DNA from: Vairimorpha necatrix
Taxonomy: Eukaryota
Direction of reading: 5' to 3'
DNA length: 64,000 nt
NCBI GenBank assembly: GCA_036630325.1
Contig: CP142726.1
Span: forward strand, 930,001-994,000
Each line of letters starts with the position of its first letter. Within the stretch, counting starts at the first letter, position 1. The notes under the pieces were generated by a model. The model searched no databases. It was not told the origin of the DNA and saw only the letters and a program-made list of their open reading frames with translations. Positions 56,026-64,000 of the stretch are shown here, piece after piece. A program made the position numbers and the translations under genes.

Positions 56026-58093
56026 TCATATATATAAAAGAATTTTATTTAATTTTTTACCCCTCTTTTTTGTGGTTTTGAATTTCTAAACTATTTATTT
56101 TGATCTTATTAAGTTATTATAATATCAAATATAGATTTATTGCTTTACTTTGACTATTCTAAGTGTGTAAGTTATCAGTTAATACATTTTTATTTTGATT
56201 ATTATTTTTGTTAAACTCAGTTCCAAAATATCGTCAGAATCGTTTTTTAGAATTTATTTAACCCTTCTAGAAAAATTTTAAAAATAATTGCCAAAAGAAG
56301 AAATTGAATATAAGTGTCATAAATTGAGCTTAAAAGTTCCCAAAATTATCTCATTATAACTATTAAATGTTTTTAGATCAAGTTTACTCCTTATATGTTA
56401 CCAAAAAGTATTTTTCAAATTCATGTTTTCTCCTTTTTAAATTCAATTATCCAAAATGGAAACTTTACAAAATTTAAGGATCAAAGACATATTATCAAAC
56501 TAAACATTTAGATCCCGTTTTCAAAACGAAAGCATAAGCTAGTCATATATATAAAAGAATTTTATTTAATTTTTTACCCCTCTTTTTTATGATTTTGTAA
56601 AATCTAAACTTCTTATTACAGCTTATAATATTATTGGAATATCAGATATAAACTCAATGAAGGATTTTGACTATCATATGTGCGTGTACTGTATGTTAAT
56701 ACATTTCGATTTTAATTCTTTGTTTTGTAAAACTCAGTTCCAAAATATCGTCAGAATCGTTTTTTAGAATTTATTTAACCCTTCTACAAAAGTTTTAAAA
56801 ACAATTGACAAAAGAAGAAATTGAATGTAAGTGTCAAAAGCTGAACTTTAAGAGTTTTGAACATATCTCATTAAGATTCATAAGTGTTTTTAACTTCATT
56901 TTATTCTTTAATTGTTCAAAAAAAGTGTTTTTTAAAATATAAATCTCCTTTTCTTTATCATACCAAAAATGGAAACTCAAAAAATAAAGTAGAAATAAAT
57001 GCCATGAACAATATATCAATCCCGTTTTCAAAACGGGAAAGCATACGCTAGTCATATATATAAAAGAATTTTATTTAATTTTTTACCCCTATTTTTTGTG
57101 ATTTTGTAAAATCTAAACTTCTTATTTTATGCTTATTGTGTTATTAAAATAGTGTTTTCGAATTTAATGCTTTCGTTTATTTATCGTAAGTGCGTACACT
57201 ATATATTAATGCATTTTTATTTTAATTCTTTGTTTTGTAAAACTCAGTTCCAAAATATCGTCAGAATCGTTTTTTAGAATTTATTTAACCCTTCCACGAA
57301 AAATTGTAAAAACATCTGACAAATAAAGATTTTGAATATAAGTGTCAAAAAATGAGCTTAGAAGTTCAAAATTATCTCATTGAGATTATTAAATGTTTTA
57401 CAACAACATTACTCCTTATATGTCACTAAAAAGTATTTTTAAAAATCATGTCCAATCTGCCAAATTCAATTATCCTCAAATGGAAACTCACTAAAATTGA
57501 ACGAGAAGATACACATTATAAAACAAACACATTTATCCCGTTTTCAAAACGGGAAAGCATACGCTAGTCATATATATAAAAGAATTTTATTTAATTTTTT
57601 ACCCCTCTTTTTTTGAATTTGAAATTTCTAACTAAACGGTACATTTTGAGCCTTTTACGTTAATATAATATCATACATAGAATTAATGTTTCAATTTGAT
57701 AATTATAGATGCGTATACTATATGTTAATACTTTTCGTTTTTAATAAAGTTTTTTGTAAAACTCAGTTCCAAAATATCGTCAGAATCGTTTTTTAGAATT
57801 TATTTGACCCTTCTACAAAAATTTCAAAAAACATTTAAATGTAAAAATTTTGAATAAAAGTATCATAGTTTAGCTTTAGAACTTCACAAACTTATATCAA
57901 TTAGATTAATAAGTTTTTTTAACCATATTTTACACTTTCGTGTTACTTAAAAAGAGTTTTTTTAAATCATACCATCATCTCCTTTCAAATTCCTTCTTCC
58001 CAAAATGGTAACTTTCTAAAATTGAATGAGAAGATAGACATTATGAAACTAAAAATTTAAATCCCGTTTTCAAAACGGGAAAGCATACGCTAG
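56026..58093 (+). mobile_element. Array of four divergent mini-Helitrons: 56026-56542, 56543-57051, 57052-57567, 57568-58093
   Basis: Each unit runs from TCATATATATAAAAGAATTTTATTTAATTTTTTACCCCT to hairpin CCCGTTTTCAAAACGGG and CTAG (unit 1 hairpin partly damaged); every junction is CTAG|TC; the array is followed by T. Confidence 0.95.
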
Positions 58094-58212
58094 TCTCTTA
58101 CTAAAAGTATTTTGATTTTTAAAACTTAGGAAGTCGAGATTGTTTTATAGTTTTTAAATGATGCTTGATAGAAATAAATGCTCTTACTTCCCAGTATTTG
58201 ACTTATTTAATT

Positions 58213-59235
58213 GGCTAAAGTCAACTTTAACGGAAAAATTTCGATATAGGGTTTTTTGATTTTTTTGCCCCTTTTTTAAAAAAATGGAGGAGAGAAAATG
58301 TTGAGGAAGAAACAAAAATAACAAATAAAATATATAATTTAATAATGCGTGAAACCCCGGGGTAGAAGAGTTACTTTGTAGCATATACCCCGAATAATAA
58401 AGTTTAGTACTATGAACAGATCTGTTTCTATTTGGAATAGAATTTTTAAAAGAGCGCCAATTACCTTCTATGGTATTGGTATGAACTCCGGTTATTGGGT
58501 CTCTGAAGTGTAGAGAATGATTTACCACCAGATGTTGGTTAAATGTTAAGTCCAAATTACGGTAGGCTCTCCACATATTGCTATAAATTGTACTATTTCT
58601 GTCTACATACTTTAACAAAAGATTAGTTAGCGTTATTTTGTCTCTTTTCTCAATATATATAAATATAATTCGGCGTTGTATGGTACGTTCGACCAATCCA
58701 AAACACCAGAAACCTTTTACTGGTTGGCCTCTATTATATTTATTTTTACCAATCTTAGATTCATCAATTTCTACAATAGTATTATTACCACCTATAATTC
58801 CGATACTGGCCAGATATGTCTCATAAATATTAATTTCTTTTAACTTTTTTAGTATACTAGATATTGATTGCCGAGAACAACCTAGGATTTGACAGATAGG
58901 CTTACGAGAATATCCTAGAATCCACATATTAAGTATCTGCAATACTGTAATATGGTCTAGTCTAGAATGCTGAAAGAAAGTATCTTTCCATACAGAAACA
59001 TTAAATTTGCATTTAGTCCATTTACATCTTAGGATCATGCTTTTTTTTGTCCTTTATTTTCATTTCTGACCCACAAGATTCACATTTGCGTTTCGCTTTT
59101 TCTATTTTCAATTCATAGTATATATTTTCAAGTTCTTCTCTTGTTTGAATTCTCTCCTCCATTTTTTTATAAAAGTGGCAAAAAAATCAAAAAAAAACCC
59201 ATATCGAAATTTTTCCGTTAAAGCTGACATTAGCC
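58213..59235 (-). mobile_element. Merlin transposon with ~85-bp TIRs; transposase pseudogene
   Basis: TIR GGCTAAAGTCAACTTTAACGGAAAAATTTCGATAT... and inverse; ATG at 59162 is frameshifted relative to the main ORF at an A-run; the second catalytic Asp reads Asn (YSNMWRAY); no clean TSD. Confidence 0.88.
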
Positions 59236-62200
59236 ATATTTTTCATTGGATAATAATAAAATTGTATGAGCCCAAGCTTTTTAGTTTAAATTTACACTCC
59301 CAAATTTCTTTTTTTGCTCATCTTTTAAAAATAGCTTAGAATATAGGCAAAAATTGAAACACCTGAAAAAATCGAAGTTTCAAAAATGCACGTACTTTTT
59401 TATTACTCATATTACCTATCGTATATTTTAAATCTTTATGAAAACAATAATTTTAAACGACTTTTTCATACATATTGCAAATATTGTACAAAGTAAAATT
59501 TATTTAGTTTTTCATATTATAAAATTATTTCAGCTCATTAAACAAAGAAGATTCATTTTAACGTTTCTAGATTTTCTTATAAGTTGAAAAAATTTAATGT
59601 ATTTTTTTAGAACATATGTTATTGTGTAATATCTTTTGATTTTGATCTTAGACAGCATTTCAGAGTTTAAAATGAGTACTGTGTTTTGTACTTTCTCATC
59701 AACACATTATGCAGTTTTTTTTGCTGATCTAGTTGTTTTTTATATCGAAACCTATTATATTGTTCTGATAATGAGACTTAATGATTGATGCCTTTTGTTT
59801 TCTCACTTAAAATCATGATTATATTATTTGTGTAGCTTTGCTGCCATACACTCATGTAACCCGGCAATTTTAGTGCTATATGTATGAACGAAAAAACATT
59901 ATTTGGAAGTAGCCAAATTTAATTAATTAAAGCACAAATTTTTTATTATTTTCGTTAAAATGAACTATGTACATAATTATAATTGAATTTTAATATAATA
60001 AATGGAGAAATTATAAGAATTTATTTACATGTACATTCATGATTTAAAAATTTTAATTTTGCCTTAAAATCACGCAAGCAAAAGGAAAACCAAATATATA
60101 TAGAAAAGCTTTATTATTTTTATATATACTATTAAATACAATAAAATTTATAGATAATTATTAAAGCAACGGAAGATTCGTTGAAAAATTTAATTTTGAA
60201 TATATGTGAATTTAGGTCAAAATGATTGTTTAAAACATTATATGCAAAAAGATAAAATTAAATACATTATTTTGAATATTTCATTTTTATTTGGATTTTA
60301 GTATAAAATATTTATAATGTTTAATCGACTTATATTATACATCAATTATTTTAACAATAATTTTAAACTAATTTTATGAAAAATTACCAATATACATAAA
60401 CTCTTTTTATTGCATTTTTAATTTGTAAGACCAACAAACTCAACAATATATTTTGATTTAACGATTTAAATATGATCTTGCAGCAAACGTTTTAAATTCT
60501 TTTTGATAACGTGTTTAATATCTAAATATATTTTATACACAATATCCCCAAAATATTGTTAATATATGTTGTTTGCCTCGCAGTAATTAAATTTAAAAAA
60601 AATTCTAAGAATTTGCTGGCTTATATTTGGTTCGACTTTTTGAACAAGCCCAAGCTGTATATTTTTAGTTATATGGTGTTGCAATTTATAAAATGTGTTC
60701 CAAGTAAAACAATAAAAATTCGATAATACTTAATTTAATTTACAAACTTCAAATATATTAAAACCTAAGGAAAATGTAAAAAAATTTAGTTGAAAAATTG
60801 TGGAATATTTAAAGATAAAAAAAACCGAATATAAAACAAAAAGATGGTAAAATTTCAACTCGAATAGAAAACCCGTATAAGTGTGTGATAATAGCTGTAT
60901 TAAGTAAAAATCAGACAAAGCAATGACTAGAAAATTATACTTTTTAGAACCTTAACCTTAATTAGATCTTTTTTAAAAAATAAATACTATTAGTATCATT
61001 CAATGATATAACCAACAGGGTCGACTTCTATAGATGAGAATGAAAAACTAAGAAAATATGACCTCTTTGCGCATGAAAGCGGACTAATACAATAATCCCG
61101 CACAAGAGTAGTTCATTTATGTAAAACATGGGGATGGAGTGGCGAACAATATTACAGAAAGTACACCAGGGAGCTAAATCTAACATACCTTAGAACCAAG
61201 TATTTTGTGCTGAAGAATACTTTAGTATCCATCTCTTTGGAACGACGACGAGAATACAAAAGAGAAATAAGTGGCTAGAGCTGTAAGCGCCTTAACAAAA
61301 AGAACGAAAGTTAAAAAGGTTGTGTCGTTTATAGAAGCTAGAAATCTGGAGCTATAAAATATTAATGTAATCACAAAAACTATGCCTTTAACAATACAAA
61401 TCACAAGGAGAAACCATAACAAGCTGGATGTAATTTTCTAAACTAGATTTAACTTCTTCTCAATACTGATCTATACCTCAATTTTTATCTTGACTTAAGA
61501 ACATCCAAAAAACATTAGAAAACAATTATGATGTGACTGATGAAACCTGCATGTATCTTGTGGAAACCATTGTCAACAGCGCAACAAACAAATTACTTTA
61601 AAGACAAATATTACGGTACATCGTTAAAAACATATGGATACATCTTAAAATAATAAACATTATGAGCATATTGTTATAAATTTTTATTTTCGATAAACTC
61701 AACAATATTGATAGTTAAAGAAAATAAACTATGATTGAGAATTTACATGGCATTTTTTAAAATATATTTTAGACAGAACCTAAAAAAAAGACTAAAAATT
61801 CATATAGTTTTTTCAATTTATACCGTTGACTAATTATTTAAGATTTTTGAATCCTAAAAAACCATGTATATTATGAAATCTTTGCTGTACAATAACCCCA
61901 AATTAAAATTTTAAGAGCGTATATGAGTTAAACAAAATGAAAATATTGATATTTTAGATTTCAACTATAGATTTTCAGTTTTTTAATGAATTTAGAATGC
62001 ACAGTATAACATATTTGTCGTTGTTGTGCCTTTAACATTATATGAAGCTTACATTGTACTTTATATAGCTAAAAATGAAAATTTTAAAATTTGCTGACCA
62101 ACCCGTTCTAAATATTTTACAAATAAAAAACATTTATTTATCATCGGTTTATTATCTCAACTATCTTTTCGATCAATTTTTTTCTCATAATTTTAATAGC

Positions 62201-64000
62201 TTTTTTTATTTAATGGGGACTCCGGACATAAATCTTCTAAAATTTTATTTTTTTCAAACATTCATACTGTCTTATATATGGTTATACAAAAAATTTGTTC
62301 TTGCTCCAGTAATAATTAATATTATCGCACAATACTTATGTTTAAAAAAATTTATATGTTATTCACACAATTTATAAATTAAAAACAATTATATTAAGCA
62401 AGTTAATGCCTCGTTCATGGCTAAATGTATGATATTCATTTGAGTTGTTATATGACATAATATCTTTACTAATATCTTTTAAAGTTTGCAACAATAAGTC
62501 TTTTTGTACTTCACTTTCATAAATATTTTTTTTCTACTTCAACGGAAAAAAAAATTTGATCAAAAAACAAAATACACTATTGGGGTTCAATTCAGATTCT
62601 AAAATGGTCGTATAATTTTATTGTTTTCTTTTCAATTATTTATTTTAGATCATTTATATCTATTGTATTTTTAATGTACAAAAATTTTGTAAAATATCTA
62701 TAAACCCCTGACCCGGCATCATAGAAGATTCTACGAATGAAAAATTTAATTTTGTTATATTTTTTTCATAAAATACAACGATTCTAGTTTTTTCTGTAAT
62801 TTTGTGTACTAATCATGCTAGGTATATTAAATATCAAGATACTAACTTTACTACGACATCGTTCATCTATAAAATGGCCCGTTTTGTCGCAAATCAGAAT
62901 GTTACGTAAAAAAGACACATATTCTTTGACTCTAAATTCATTTTGTCTTCTTCTGAGCCTTTTTTCCTTTTATAATATGCGTTTTGTTCACTTATTCATG
63001 TATTTGTTCATAAAACGTTTCGTTTGTCAACAAAAGGTACAAAGGCAATTTGATACCACGCCCTTCAATAAATCAACACATTTCATAAATATTTCGTCAG
63101 TTTAATTTTTTTTTTAATGAATGTCATTGCGGGCAATGAGTTTGATAATTTATTTATGTCGTTTTTAACCAACAATAAATATTTTCTAGATTTATTCTAA
63201 ATCCAATACTATGCCCATTTTTCAATGCATTTTGCACTATTTTATGCAAAATTTAAGACTACACAAGTTATGTTCTTTTGCATACTGCATTTCACCTATT
63301 TCTTTCAGTGCTTCTTCTATATAGGATTTTTCCAGAGCGATATGTCTGTAAATAAAATTGTACTTTGTTTCTTTTTCATATTTTTTTTTGTTGTTCGGAA
63401 TTTTAATTTCTTCTAAAACATCTTTTATTGGAACGGTTTTATTAGTATTGATATAGTGCCTTATATTTTTTTCGTATATCAAGATAGCCGAATCTAAGTC
63501 ATCAAAATCTATACTTGAAGTTAAGCGTGATTCAAATTAATAAAAAATGTCTAAAAGAGTTTTCATATTCAAGATAAAATCTGTTTGTACGCTCATCGTC
63601 AGCGAGAATTTTTTTTGTTTCAAAATATACCATATATTCGTCCTTCGTCATTAAAAATTTAAGCTGAAACATGTACGCTTAAATATGTTTTATATAGATT
63701 AAGCGCCAAATAATCCCCAGTCTTTATTTTTTCTAAAATTTGATTTTTAAAAATTTAAACATAAACTGTTTTGCTAGTGCAAATACAATTGATAAAAAAA
63801 ATTCCAGATATTCATAGTAATAAAATAAATTTTATATAAATACAATGCATTAATAATTTATGATCGTTTTGGGAACAAGGTAGTGTAAAGCATATTCAAC
63901 GTTAAAATAGATACTTATTTCAAGGTAACATTTTAAAAAAGAGCTGGTTTGTATTTTTTGTTTTATTTTGTGAATGTATTTACAATGAACAAGATAAAAA

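Noticed and set aside
56834-57055. 73-aa minus-strand ORF in mini-Helitron unit 2
   Set aside because: Not preserved in the other units; chance ORF.
56026-58093. CRISPR-like repeat/spacer appearance of conserved blocks alternating with variable sequence
   Set aside because: The variable segments are homologous between units, the period is ~515 bp, the ends are Helitron termini, there are no cas genes and the context is eukaryotic.
59300-64000. Short ORFs and coding-like fragments (e.g. 63237-63482, 61000-61600)
   Set aside because: Interrupted by stops, with no recognisable family; probably decayed genes or TEs that I cannot assign.

Overview
Very AT-rich eukaryotic DNA with compact, apparently intronless genes, most with a CCC motif just upstream of the ATG. 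The gene content (RPB2, RPL15, eIF4E, GINS Psf3, TRAPP Trs31/Trs23, TSC10, POT transporter, forkhead, tRNA-Val) fits a microsporidian, probably Nosema/Vairimorpha-like; this taxonomy is inferred. A housekeeping core (~23-45 kb) is flanked by TE-rich DNA: the 3' end of an RLE non-LTR element, four Merlin elements, Ty3/Gypsy elements with very short LTRs (38, ~55, 109, 333 bp) and an intact Helitron. Main highlights: (1) the autonomous Helitron trails four different ~515-bp mini-Helitrons joined head-to-tail at CTAG|TC. All share a near-invariant 55-bp core, and a two-unit array of the same family sits elsewhere without the Rep-Hel gene, suggesting a cassette-accretion or satellite system. (2) A Ty3 with no recognisable protease whose 38-bp LTRs carry the start codon, stop codon, CCC motif and AATAAA. 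(3) A resolvable three-layer nested insertion (Ty3, then Helitron dimer, then Ty3). All calls come from reading the sequence by eye; no searches were run.
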